Shown in pieces: positions 49,683 to 59,226 of a stretch of 64,000 bases of DNA; position 1 is the stretch's first letter, and the number at the start of each line of letters is the position of its first letter. Source of the DNA: Acidobacteriota bacterium. GTDB taxonomy: Bacteria > Acidobacteriota > UBA6911. The position numbers and the translations under genes are program-made. The stretch covers positions 1,024,001 to 1,088,000 of the forward strand of contig OY761556.1 in NCBI GenBank assembly GCA_963664705.1, read 5' to 3'. The notes under the pieces were generated by a model that saw only the letters and a program-made list of their open reading frames with translations, had not been told where the DNA came from and did not search any database.

Positions 49683-52600
49683 CTAAAAGGCGAATCTCAA
49701 GCCGACCTGGATTCTTCTCGGCGTGCCCTGGGAAGAAACGATGGTCCCGAAATTGACATTGTTCAGATCCGAGACAGGATTTGCATAGTGGACGCTGTTG
49801 AAGATGTTGTTGGCTTCAATCCGGAGCTGGAGGTCCCGGCCCTCATGAAGTCGGAATTTCTTCTGGAGCAGAGCGTCGATGTTCTTGTATTCCGGTCCCA
49901 CGAATGAGTTGCGGCCGGAGTTGGCGTCCTTGCCTGCCGCGGGATTCGTGAAGAGGGCGGCCAGCGTCGGGTCAAACCAATAAACGATGCCGATGTTCTT
50001 ATAAATTCCTCCGACATTACGGCTGCCGTCATAATTGGCAAGGCTGCTGACTCCTGCATATTGATTCTGCAGTCCTGAGTTCACGCTGAAGCGCGAACCG
50101 CTTTGCCGGACATAAATCAGTCCCAGGTTCCAGCCGCCAAGGATGCGATCCATCCACTTGGAATACTCAAGATCGCCGCTTCTGCTTCTTCCATAGGGAA
50201 GCGCCCAGTTAAAGGTCGCGTTGAAAAGATGCGTCCGGTCAAAATCGCTGGGAGCCCTGTCAATCTGCGGATTCCTGTTGTTGGACGAGCTCACAAAGGA
50301 ATCGCCCTCGGAGGAAATTGTGTCCAGCGTCTTGCTCCAGGTGTAGTACGCCCGGAGGTTATACGTCTTTGCGCTTTTGCGAAGTCCGAGCTGGAGTGCA
50401 TCGTACCAGGATTCCGCGGAATTGGTCCCATAGTAGACACGGTTGAATTGAGGGTAATTCCGAAGGTAGAAATCGGAAACTCCTGCCGCGCCATATTTAA
50501 AATAATAATTCCGGTCCACCGCATCGGCCGCGGCACCAACCTGGCCGGAATCCAGCACATAGTTGCCCAGCGACTTCATGGCTTCCATGGGCGAGCCGAA
50601 CAGCCTTACCAGCGTATTCGAGGGCGAGGTTGGGGTTCCAAACATCCGGTATGCCTGCAGCTCTTTAAAGGCATTCAGGAAATCGCCCTGCGTATTGGTC
50701 TGGTTCAGGTTCAGCATCTGGAACAGATTTTTGCCGCGTGTCCCGACATAACTGGCTTCCCAGATAGCGCCCCAGAGCCGTTTTTCCAAGGTGATATTGA
50801 ATTGATAAACGCGGGGTGTCCTCAATTTGGGGTCGAGAATGGCTATCGATGTGGATCTCGTCACAGGCAGTTGCGCCGTAGGAGCGGAAGGCTGTGACGG
50901 AGAGGGCGTCCCGTCGCTGAGACGGAGATCGCCGCCGGTCGAATTGGGGAACAACGAGACGTTTTGAGAAAAACCGTAGCTGTTCTGATCCACAAAATTG
51001 GTGACGGCGCCAATCAGGCGATCATAGTAAATACCGAAACCGCCGCGTAGCACCAGGGTTCCGGATCCCAAGGCATCCCAAGCAAAACCGAATCGGGGAG
51101 CGAAATCGGAATTGTTTCTGCCATACCATCCGTTGCCCTGAACCACCTTGAAATTGGAGATATGGGCGGAATAGCTGATTTGCGAGGACTGGTCCAATAC
51201 CGCCTGGAAGCTGTTATTTTCGTTGGGGACGGTGCTGAGTTCATAGCGCACGCCAAGATTCAGCGTGAGATTCGGCAGGATTCTCCAGTCATCCTGGACA
51301 AACCCCGAAAATTCCCTGAACGTAAAATCCCTGCTCCTGGCAGTTCCCGTGGGCAGCGTAGCGGTCAGGCTTGAATTGAAGGTCTGGCTTACGCTCTCCA
51401 TCCGGCCGAGCAGATCATTATAGAGATTGTCAAAGGTCAGGCGGTCGGAGTTTGAGATTACAGATACGCCGGATGGACCCACATTGCTGGAAGGCGCATT
51501 TCCCATCGTGGTCCCGAAGGTAATGTTGGGATAAACCCCGGTGTAATCCACGCTGCTCTGGGTGGTCTGCCGGAAGGTAGCACCATACTTCAGATTGTGC
51601 GCGGTTTTGCTGTGCGCGAAGTAATCCGAAATTTCGAAAACGGGAGTCTTGTAAGAACGCGGGAAAGAAGGATCCAGTGGATTCGTCCACGTATTGGCGA
51701 TATACATCGAGGTGCTCAGCCGGGCCGGTCTTTTCAGTTCGGCTTCAGGGCGGAAATAGGACACCCGGAACTGATTCAGCTTGTTTGAGCCCAATGCCAG
51801 GTCGGATCCGACCATAAACCCGTAAAGCCTGTTCAACTGCGTGCCGGCTTTTTCTCCAGGGTATGTGGCATCCGCACCGCTGGCAAGATCGGTCGCATCG
51901 AGATGCGACCAGTTGGCGCGGATGAACAGATGATGATTGGCGCTGAGGTTGCGATCAAAACGACCATTTACGGATTGACTGTCGAGGTAGGCGGGATTGT
52001 TGAACTGGTATCCGGCTATGTTCAGTCCGTCTCCCACGACAAATACATTGGGCGAAGGCATCTTGGCGAGAACTGCCGCTACCGCGGGGTCAATCCCCAG
52101 TTTTCTCGGATCATTGGATGTGATGTCGTAAGAATTCAGGATTGCCGTGCCCGGCTTATACCATCGGAAAATTCCCGCTTTTGCCTGGTCGGAGAGAACA
52201 CTCCGGATTCGTGATACCTGCTGGTTTGTATGATTGCCCTCAAAATTCAAAAAGAGAAGGTTGTTCGCTCCGAATACCGGCCCGGACACCGTTGCTCCAA
52301 AAACGTTGCGCGTGAGTTTGGGCTTGGTTATACCGCGCGAATTATTGAAGAAATCATTGGCATCGATATTCTGATTTCGAGCGTAATCGTAGATTTCCTT
52401 CGACCACGACTTGGAGCCCGGTCTCGATACGACTGTGACCTGCGCCCCTCCGGTGCGGCCATACTCCGCTTTGCCGTTTGCGGTGATGATCTGTACATCG
52501 GATACGGCATCCGGATCCGGCGCGATAACCGGAATATCCAAGCGAGGCTGCACCTGGTTCGATGTGGCATTGCCATCAATTCCGGTCGCGGTCATTGCGG

Positions 52601-53162
52601 GACGCGTGCCGTTGAATGAAGAGGCTCCAGGGTCATTCGGGTTGATCGAAACTCCCGGCTGGTAGATGACAAGCGACAGCGAATCTCTATTTAAATCCGG
52701 CAGCGCCTCAATCTGATGTCGAGAGAGCGCGTCTGAACGCGCCGATTCATTAGTATGGGTGGATTCTGCTACCGGAGATTCCTTGTCAATAGCGGAAACC
52801 TCGAAGCTGAATTCCTCCGTTATCGTGCCGGGCTGGAACAGCTGAATTCCCCGGTGGATCACGTCCTTGTAGCCTTTGGCCTTTACCGTTACGGTGTAAG
52901 TGCCCGGATGAAGCGCCAGGAACACATAGCGGCCTTCTTCGTCGCTCACCGTGGTGGATGGCTGGCTGGTTTTTTCCTCAACGGCTGTCAATGCAGCCCC
53001 GGCAAGCGAGTTGCCCGATGGATCCCAGACCGATCCCTCCAGACGGATATACCCAGTCTGGGCCGAAAGTGTAGCTGGAAGTCCTGAAAGAATTAGAACG
53101 GCACTAATCAAACCGCAGATGGAAAGAGTGGCAACTCGGGTCACTCCGCACCTCCTCTTCAT
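49683..53162 (-). CDS. Oar-like TonB-dependent receptor with carboxypeptidase-regulatory-like N-terminal domain
   Basis: Signal peptide, GTYTVTV, AEYGRTGG, FVQDDWRILPNLTLNLGVRYE and C-terminal QVGLRFAF. Confidence 0.9.
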   Translation of the reverse strand: MKRRCGVTRVATLSICGLISAVLILSGLPATLSAQTGYIRLEGSVWDPSGNSLAGAALTAVEEKTSQPSTTVSDEEGRYVFLALHPGTYTVTVKAKGYKDVIHRGIQLFQPGTITEEFSFEVSAIDKESPVAESTHTNESARSDALSRHQIEALPDLNRDSLSLVIYQPGVSINPNDPGASSFNGTRPAMTATGIDGNATSNQVQPRLDIPVIAPDPDAVSDVQIITANGKAEYGRTGGAQVTVVSRPGSKSWSKEIYDYARNQNIDANDFFNNSRGITKPKLTRNVFGATVSGPVFGANNLLFLNFEGNHTNQQVSRIRSVLSDQAKAGIFRWYKPGTAILNSYDITSNDPRKLGIDPAVAAVLAKMPSPNVFVVGDGLNIAGYQFNNPAYLDSQSVNGRFDRNLSANHHLFIRANWSHLDATDLASGADATYPGEKAGTQLNRLYGFMVGSDLALGSNKLNQFRVSYFRPEAELKRPARLSTSMYIANTWTNPLDPSFPRSYKTPVFEISDYFAHSKTAHNLKYGATFRQTTQSSVDYTGVYPNITFGTTMGNAPSSNVGPSGVSVISNSDRLTFDNLYNDLLGRMESVSQTFNSSLTATLPTGTARSRDFTFREFSGFVQDDWRILPNLTLNLGVRYELSTVPNENNSFQAVLDQSSQISYSAHISNFKVVQGNGWYGRNNSDFAPRFGFAWDALGSGTLVLRGGFGIYYDRLIGAVTNFVDQNSYGFSQNVSLFPNSTGGDLRLSDGTPSPSQPSAPTAQLPVTRSTSIAILDPKLRTPRVYQFNITLEKRLWGAIWEASYVGTRGKNLFQMLNLNQTNTQGDFLNAFKELQAYRMFGTPTSPSNTLVRLFGSPMEAMKSLGNYVLDSGQVGAAADAVDRNYYFKYGAAGVSDFYLRNYPQFNRVYYGTNSAESWYDALQLGLRKSAKTYNLRAYYTWSKTLDTISSEGDSFVSSSNNRNPQIDRAPSDFDRTHLFNATFNWALPYGRSRSGDLEYSKWMDRILGGWNLGLIYVRQSGSRFSVNSGLQNQYAGVSSLANYDGSRNVGGIYKNIGIVYWFDPTLAALFTNPAAGKDANSGRNSFVGPEYKNIDALLQKKFRLHEGRDLQLRIEANNIFNSVHYANPVSDLNNVNFGTIVSSQGTPRRIQVGLRFAF

Positions 53163-53654
53163 TAAAAACTCGAATTGCGAACGAGCCTGCCCGGTCCCTC
53201 AAGGCTGTGTTGCGCCAATGCGCCGCCCATTCTTACATTAATAGGGATCTTTTGTCGATACCTGCTAATGGCATGGACAAAAGATAGATGAAATTTGCCG
53301 CAAACATTCTCATCCCGCAAGTGCAGATGTATCCTTTTCTCTGGCTTTGTCTTCGTTTTGGGCAAGATACCGCCGGATGGGGAATCAGGGTACCCCCCTC
53401 CTCCTATTTACTTCCCTCTATAAACTCTTGTCCCGAACATGGATCGTGTCGTATATAATGTGCGCCTATTTTGGAATAGTTGGGTTTCGGACCGGTGGTC
53501 CTGAAACCTCTTTCATGAACCCTGATGGACCGGAACTCATCAGAGAGTCTTGAAGGCATGGGGTGCGCGGTGTGCTTTCCTGCCATATTCCAAGAGGACA
53601 ATTAGTGTCTACCATTAATTAATGCCGCAGAAGCGGCACCCGTTTGGAGAGCGT

Positions 53655-56600
53655 ATGCGTTTCCGTTCCGTAATAATCTATCTGCTGCCGTTGCTGCTTT
53701 TGCCGATCCAGACCGCATCCGCACAAAAGCGTGTCTATACATCGGTGAATCCCAATTCAACCGCTCTAAACGGCACGGCAGATATGTATGATCCGCTAAC
53801 CGGCAAAATGACAGCCGTTTCGGGGCAGATGAATTATCCGCGCGAACGTCATATTGCTGCCCGGCTGACAAACGGCAAAGTGCTGATTGCCGGCGGATAC
53901 AACAATCGCTATCTGAACCTGGCGGAACTATTTGATCCTTCCACAGGGACCTTTGCATCGACAAAAACCAGCAGCAAAGACACTTCCCATAATCTGATTA
54001 CGGCACGCGCCGATGCTGCCTCCGTCGTTCTGACCGGCGGGACCGTCCTGATTCTTGGGGGATATAATGCGACTGACACGTTCCTGCAATCTGCGGAAAT
54101 CTTCGACTCAGGGACCAATAAGTTTTCGGCTACGGCGACGAATATGTCGGCAGCGCGAACGCGTCCGGTCGCTACTTTGCTCAGCGATGGCAATGTTCTG
54201 GTTACCGGGGGCTATAACGGGTCCTTTTTGAGCTCGGCGGATTTTTATTTCGCAAAAAACCGTTCGTTCCTCAATTCCAGTTCGACCATGTCTGATTCGC
54301 GTCAGGATCACACGGGAACGCTGCTTACAAGCGGCAAGGTGTTGATCGCCGGTGGCTGTACGGCTGCTGAAACCGGGCAGGTCTACTGCACCAAGTATTT
54401 GAGTTCCGCCGATATCTACGATCCGGAAAAAGATACTTTCACGGCAACCAATGCGATGAATACCGCGCGCGCCAACCACACCGCGACTTTGCTGCTGAAC
54501 GGTAAAGTGCTGATTGTCGGAGGATTGGCGGCGGATGGCTCCTTCGTGAAGACGGCCGAAATCTACGACCCCGTAACCGGAAAATTTGCCGCGACGGGCG
54601 ATCTGAATACTCCAAGGTTTCGCCATACCGCCACGTTGCTGCAGAACGGAAAAGTGCTGATTGCCGGAGGCTATGCGGGCCAAGCCTTGGCAGGATCTGA
54701 AATATATGATCCGCAATCCGGTACTTTTACGGTTGTCTCGTCTCCGATGACATCGGCTCGGTCCCAGCATTCGGCAACCCTCCTGGGCGATGGAAGGGTA
54801 ATGCTTGCCGGGGGCGAGAATTCCGATCTTATGATGTTTGATGTAAACCTGACCTCCACGGATAATGTGGCGCCCAATATCCTCTTTTCTGCGGATTCCA
54901 AGACCGGCTTTGTGTCCTATACGGGTTCCGGGACGGTTGTTTCCTTTTCGACCGCCACGGGCACGGTGCTCCGCCGGCTCAAAACCGGCGGTCGTCCGGT
55001 ATGGATGTCGCTGCTTCCCGACAAGTCGACACTTCTTGTCGTTTCCGCTTTGGATAACAAGATCTTTGTCATCGATGCCGCGAGCCTTACGCTGACGAAA
55101 ACGTATTCCTTTACCGGCACCTTTGGCTATGGGAGTCAGTTGACCTTTTCTCCGGATTCGGCCACCGGCTACATTTCCTCCACCGATACCGGAGAAGTCA
55201 TCAAATTTGAAATTGCTACCGGTAAGGAATTGGGGCGTCTGTCCGGCATGGGGGCTCCGGGACAGGTAACGATCACCAAAGACGGGAAAACCCTGATTGT
55301 TGTCGACGTCAGCCTGAATGAGCTTGTTTTCGCGGATGCCTCGACCATGAAGGCGAAGTTTAAAACCCAGCCGATTGACAATAAGGATGATGCGTCGGCC
55401 AGCTTCAGTGTTTTCAACAAAGCGGTCCTGAGCGCCGACGAAGAGCATGGCGTCATTGCCAGCCAGGACAGCGTCCTGCTGGTATTCAATGTTTCGACGG
55501 GAGAGATAACCAACCTTATCGCGGTTGGCGCCAGCCCCGGCTATACGACTCTGACAGCCAGCGGCCTGTTCTGGCTTGTGCTCTGTGATGGGACGTTCTC
55601 GGTGGTGCCCACATGGAGTCATGATTCCGCATTCAATTACTCCGTGCAGGCGGGGGCTTTGCGGTCCGGAAATATTGTGATTTCTCCGGATGTCCGGTAC
55701 GCCTACTGGGCTTCAGGCAGTGCGGACAGGGTTTATCAACAGGATTTTGGACTCGGTCCGGCTGTCGGCGCATTTAAGGTAGGGGATGAGGATCTTGGCG
55801 TAGATCAGCCCTCCAGCCTGGCATTCACACCGGATTACAGCAAACTGGCCGTCGTGAATTTTGAGAGCAATGAGCTCGATCTGCTCAGCGATGTCACGGT
55901 AATGAGAAATACCAAGTATGTCAGCGAAGCCGAAAAGTTCACCGGCCTTTCGGTTGTGAACCTTTCGAATACACCGGCCAATGTAACTTTCACGGCCATG
56001 ACCGATGCCGGTGCCGAATACCAGACGGATGACGGTGATTCCGACCTGACGGATGAAGTTCAGAACCCTGTGACGCTTCAGATTCCTGCGAATTCGCAAA
56101 AATCGGTGGATGTGGCGCAGCTCTTCAACATCAACACCAACACAACGAATTCGGGCTATCTATCCCTTATTTCCGACCAGCCTTCCATCGCAGCTTTCAG
56201 CGAAGTCGGCCAAATTCATTCGGACTTTCTGGATGCCTACTTGAGCAACGTCCAGGGGATCCCACTGAATGCAAATTATCGGGATACCATGTCCGACTGG
56301 ATTATCCCTGAGCTTCCTCAGGCTACCGGAACATCGGCAGAGTACAATTTTCTCAATCCGAACTATAACGCGGCGAGTTTCGACGTAACCCATTATGCGT
56401 CCGATGGGACACTGCTGCAGAAAAAGGCGTCCAATGCCATCAGCAGCAGCACCCGGCAGGCCAAAGCAGTCTCCGATCTCATCAGCACTATCGGCGTTGG
56501 GCAGATATTGATTGTCGGCGGATATGACTCGACCTCTACCAAAACCAGTGCCGAGCTTTTCAATTCCAGCAACTTTGCCAGCACCGGGAATCCCCCAACC

Positions 56601-58304
56601 GCCATGCAGGGTCATACCGCTACGATGCTCCGCAACGACAAGGTCCTCGTTGCCGGTGGTCGGAACGGCTCCATCACTCTGAGCAGTGCAGCGTTGTATG
56701 ACGCCGTGGCTACAAGCTTCAGCGTTACCCAGGGCGGCATGAATGCGGAACGTTACCGGCATACCGCAACGCTGCTGGCGAACGGCAAGGTGCTGATTGC
56801 CGGCGGACAAAATAGCGCCTCGATCAACAAGACCGCGGAATTGTACGATCCGAGCGAAAATTCTTTCGTCCTCACCGGCGCCATGACATCTCCAAGGGAT
56901 GCGCATACCGCCACGCTGCTGCAGGACGGAAGAGTCTTCATCGCCGGAGGTCTTGACGGCAACGGTACTTCCATAACTTCGGAAATTTATAATCCCGCAA
57001 CCGGCACTTTCAGCGCTGCGGCAAACATGAATGCGCGCCGCGCTTTCCATACAGCGGTACTGCTGGCAAATGGAAAGGTTCTGATTGTGGGAGGCTATAA
57101 CGGTACCTACCTCAATTCGGCGGAATTGTACGATCCCGCCTCAGGCGTGTTCACGCCGACCGGCAGTATGGCCATGGGCAGAGGCTGGCACACGGCAACT
57201 CTGCTGGCCGACGGTACAGTGCTGATCGCCGGTGGTTTGAATTCGACCGGATCGCTGGCCAGCGCAGAGATCTATTATCCGGACACGGGATTATTCCTCC
57301 CCACTTCATCGGATATGTCTTCGCCCAGAGCCTTCCATTCAGCGGCCCTGTATCTGACATTGAATGCAGTCGCCGATAACACGAATACAAAGGTGTTGAT
57401 CGCGGGTGGAGCCAACGGCAGCACAACATTGAGCAGTGCTGACATTTACGATCCGCTCAAGAGAACCTTTGTGCCGGCGAGTGACATGTCCACGACGCGC
57501 CAGGGGCATACCGCCACGATGCTGGTTGGAGGGGCCGAGGGTTATCTCCGGGTCACATCCAATTATGGGATGCTCTTTACCGAGATCTACAACAATGGCG
57601 GTGCGGATACGGGCATTAATGGGATTAACGTGGATCGCTATGAGGGGGTGAAGTCGATCTATTCTCCTCAGTTTGCAATCCTTCCGGATTACCAGACGCA
57701 TATTAATGTCATTAATGCCAATGAGGATGACGCGACGGTCAGTATCATTTTGCACGGGCCGGATGGTACTGTCCTGGGCAGCCCGCTGACCCGCGTGCTT
57801 GCCGCCAATGCGCAGATCAAAGGGAACCTCCTGGATCTCTTCAATAGCAATGCCCAGTTGGCAGGTAAAACCGGTTGGATCGAAGTGACAAGCAGCCTGG
57901 ATAAGATCGTCGGCATCGTTTCCTATACGAATCCCGGCAACAATTTCCTGACGGCTTATGAGCTATCCCGGGCGCCTTTGAAGAATTTCGTGCTTCCGCT
58001 GGTTTCGGAGGATTATCAGTACGCCACGGGAGTTGCCCTGCTCAACAGCGGCAGTGTGGCTGCCAACGTTCAGGTCGAGCTGTGGGGTCCCTCCGGCACA
58101 CTGGATTCCGTGCGCTCGATTACCCTGGCGCCGCATGCGCAAACGGCTCAGACCTTGAGCACTCTGTTTCCCGGCATGCATGATCACCGATCCGGCAACG
58201 TTCGGATCCATTCTGACCAGCCGCTGCATAGCTTCGCAGCTTTGTACAGTCAGGATCTTCGTTTCATAACGACCATTACTGCAGTTCCTTATCCGGGACA
58301 GTAG
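53655..58304 (+). CDS. Large secreted Kelch-repeat / YVTN-propeller / beta-sandwich repeat protein
   Basis: Signal peptide, two blocks of R..HTATLL.NGKVLIAGG repeats, a YncE-like middle region and four similar C-terminal repeats. Confidence 0.88.
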   Translation: MRFRSVIIYLLPLLLLPIQTASAQKRVYTSVNPNSTALNGTADMYDPLTGKMTAVSGQMNYPRERHIAARLTNGKVLIAGGYNNRYLNLAELFDPSTGTFASTKTSSKDTSHNLITARADAASVVLTGGTVLILGGYNATDTFLQSAEIFDSGTNKFSATATNMSAARTRPVATLLSDGNVLVTGGYNGSFLSSADFYFAKNRSFLNSSSTMSDSRQDHTGTLLTSGKVLIAGGCTAAETGQVYCTKYLSSADIYDPEKDTFTATNAMNTARANHTATLLLNGKVLIVGGLAADGSFVKTAEIYDPVTGKFAATGDLNTPRFRHTATLLQNGKVLIAGGYAGQALAGSEIYDPQSGTFTVVSSPMTSARSQHSATLLGDGRVMLAGGENSDLMMFDVNLTSTDNVAPNILFSADSKTGFVSYTGSGTVVSFSTATGTVLRRLKTGGRPVWMSLLPDKSTLLVVSALDNKIFVIDAASLTLTKTYSFTGTFGYGSQLTFSPDSATGYISSTDTGEVIKFEIATGKELGRLSGMGAPGQVTITKDGKTLIVVDVSLNELVFADASTMKAKFKTQPIDNKDDASASFSVFNKAVLSADEEHGVIASQDSVLLVFNVSTGEITNLIAVGASPGYTTLTASGLFWLVLCDGTFSVVPTWSHDSAFNYSVQAGALRSGNIVISPDVRYAYWASGSADRVYQQDFGLGPAVGAFKVGDEDLGVDQPSSLAFTPDYSKLAVVNFESNELDLLSDVTVMRNTKYVSEAEKFTGLSVVNLSNTPANVTFTAMTDAGAEYQTDDGDSDLTDEVQNPVTLQIPANSQKSVDVAQLFNINTNTTNSGYLSLISDQPSIAAFSEVGQIHSDFLDAYLSNVQGIPLNANYRDTMSDWIIPELPQATGTSAEYNFLNPNYNAASFDVTHYASDGTLLQKKASNAISSSTRQAKAVSDLISTIGVGQILIVGGYDSTSTKTSAELFNSSNFASTGNPPTAMQGHTATMLRNDKVLVAGGRNGSITLSSAALYDAVATSFSVTQGGMNAERYRHTATLLANGKVLIAGGQNSASINKTAELYDPSENSFVLTGAMTSPRDAHTATLLQDGRVFIAGGLDGNGTSITSEIYNPATGTFSAAANMNARRAFHTAVLLANGKVLIVGGYNGTYLNSAELYDPASGVFTPTGSMAMGRGWHTATLLADGTVLIAGGLNSTGSLASAEIYYPDTGLFLPTSSDMSSPRAFHSAALYLTLNAVADNTNTKVLIAGGANGSTTLSSADIYDPLKRTFVPASDMSTTRQGHTATMLVGGAEGYLRVTSNYGMLFTEIYNNGGADTGINGINVDRYEGVKSIYSPQFAILPDYQTHINVINANEDDATVSIILHGPDGTVLGSPLTRVLAANAQIKGNLLDLFNSNAQLAGKTGWIEVTSSLDKIVGIVSYTNPGNNFLTAYELSRAPLKNFVLPLVSEDYQYATGVALLNSGSVAANVQVELWGPSGTLDSVRSITLAPHAQTAQTLSTLFPGMHDHRSGNVRIHSDQPLHSFAALYSQDLRFITTITAVPYPGQ

Positions 58305-58305
58305 A

Positions 58306-58623
58306 TTGGAGAATCTGTTCGGCGTACTCTTTTCGGTTTGTCGCGGAACGCCCGAACAAGGCGAATGGGTTGTTGCCTGTCTTCAGGGAGCCTGGCCAAA
58401 GCTCATAGGAGACAGGCTGGCCGGTGTGTGTACTCCGGTCTTATTTGATGGATCGACTCTTGTGATAGAAACAAGGGATCGTCAATGGAAAGAAGCAGTT
58501 AGCAGCATTAAATCCGCTTTGCTGGAAAAACTTCAATGTGCCACGGCCGGCGAAGTTAAAAAAATCAGGATTGTTCATTGCCCGATGGCCACAGCCGAAC
58601 ATCCTGAATCCTCTGATGACTGA
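58306..58623 (+). CDS. DUF721/DciA-like protein
   Basis: W..LIG..LA..C.P......L.I.....W pattern. Confidence 0.65.
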   Translation: MENLFGVLFSVCRGTPEQGEWVVACLQGAWPKLIGDRLAGVCTPVLFDGSTLVIETRDRQWKEAVSSIKSALLEKLQCATAGEVKKIRIVHCPMATAEHPESSDD

Positions 58624-58698
58624 ATCATTGCAGAGCGGAGATCTGTGTGGTAACCTTTAACGCTTTCTATATTTAAGGCTTGTGATGCGGAGGATGAA

Positions 58699-58968
58699 TT
58701 GTCACTTACAGCAGAAAGAAAGACCGAAATCGTAGATGCCTATCGAACTCACAATACCGATACGGGGTCTCCGGAAGTCCAGATCGCGATTTTGAGCGAA
58801 AAGATCTCTTATTTGACCGATCATTTTAAGGTGCATGCAAAAGACCATCATTCGCGCCGCGGATTGCTGCGGATGGTCGGAAAGCGTCGTCGCCTGCTGG
58901 ACTATCTCAAGGATAAGGATGTTGCGAGATATCGGACCGTCATTGAAAGGCTCGGTATTCGTAAGTAA
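58699..58968 (+). CDS. rpsO: 30S ribosomal protein S15
   Basis: [10 protein letters not shown] and [10 protein letters not shown] motifs. TTG start with GGAGG. Confidence 0.98.
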   Translation: MSLTAERKTEIVDAYRTHNTDTGSPEVQIAILSEKISYLTDHFKVHAKDHHSRRGLLRMVGKRRRLLDYLKDKDVARYRTVIERLGIRK

Positions 58969-59226
58969 AAGGTATGCCCGGTTCCATTCTGTGACCGCAT
59001 TCCATGGACCGGGCTGCTGGTGTCTCGGCATTGGTGCTTTAAGATATGAGTTCTAAGAGTCCGAGAATTCGCACTCTGTCCTTAATCAACATACACCGGG
59101 GGAATGGGTGTGAGTTATGAGCCAAGGGTTATTGCAGAATAATCCTTAGCTCAGAACTCATATTTCCTTGTTCATAATTCCCGCCCTCCAGAACCCCCGA
59201 GTCATTCACTCTACATGGAGGAATAA

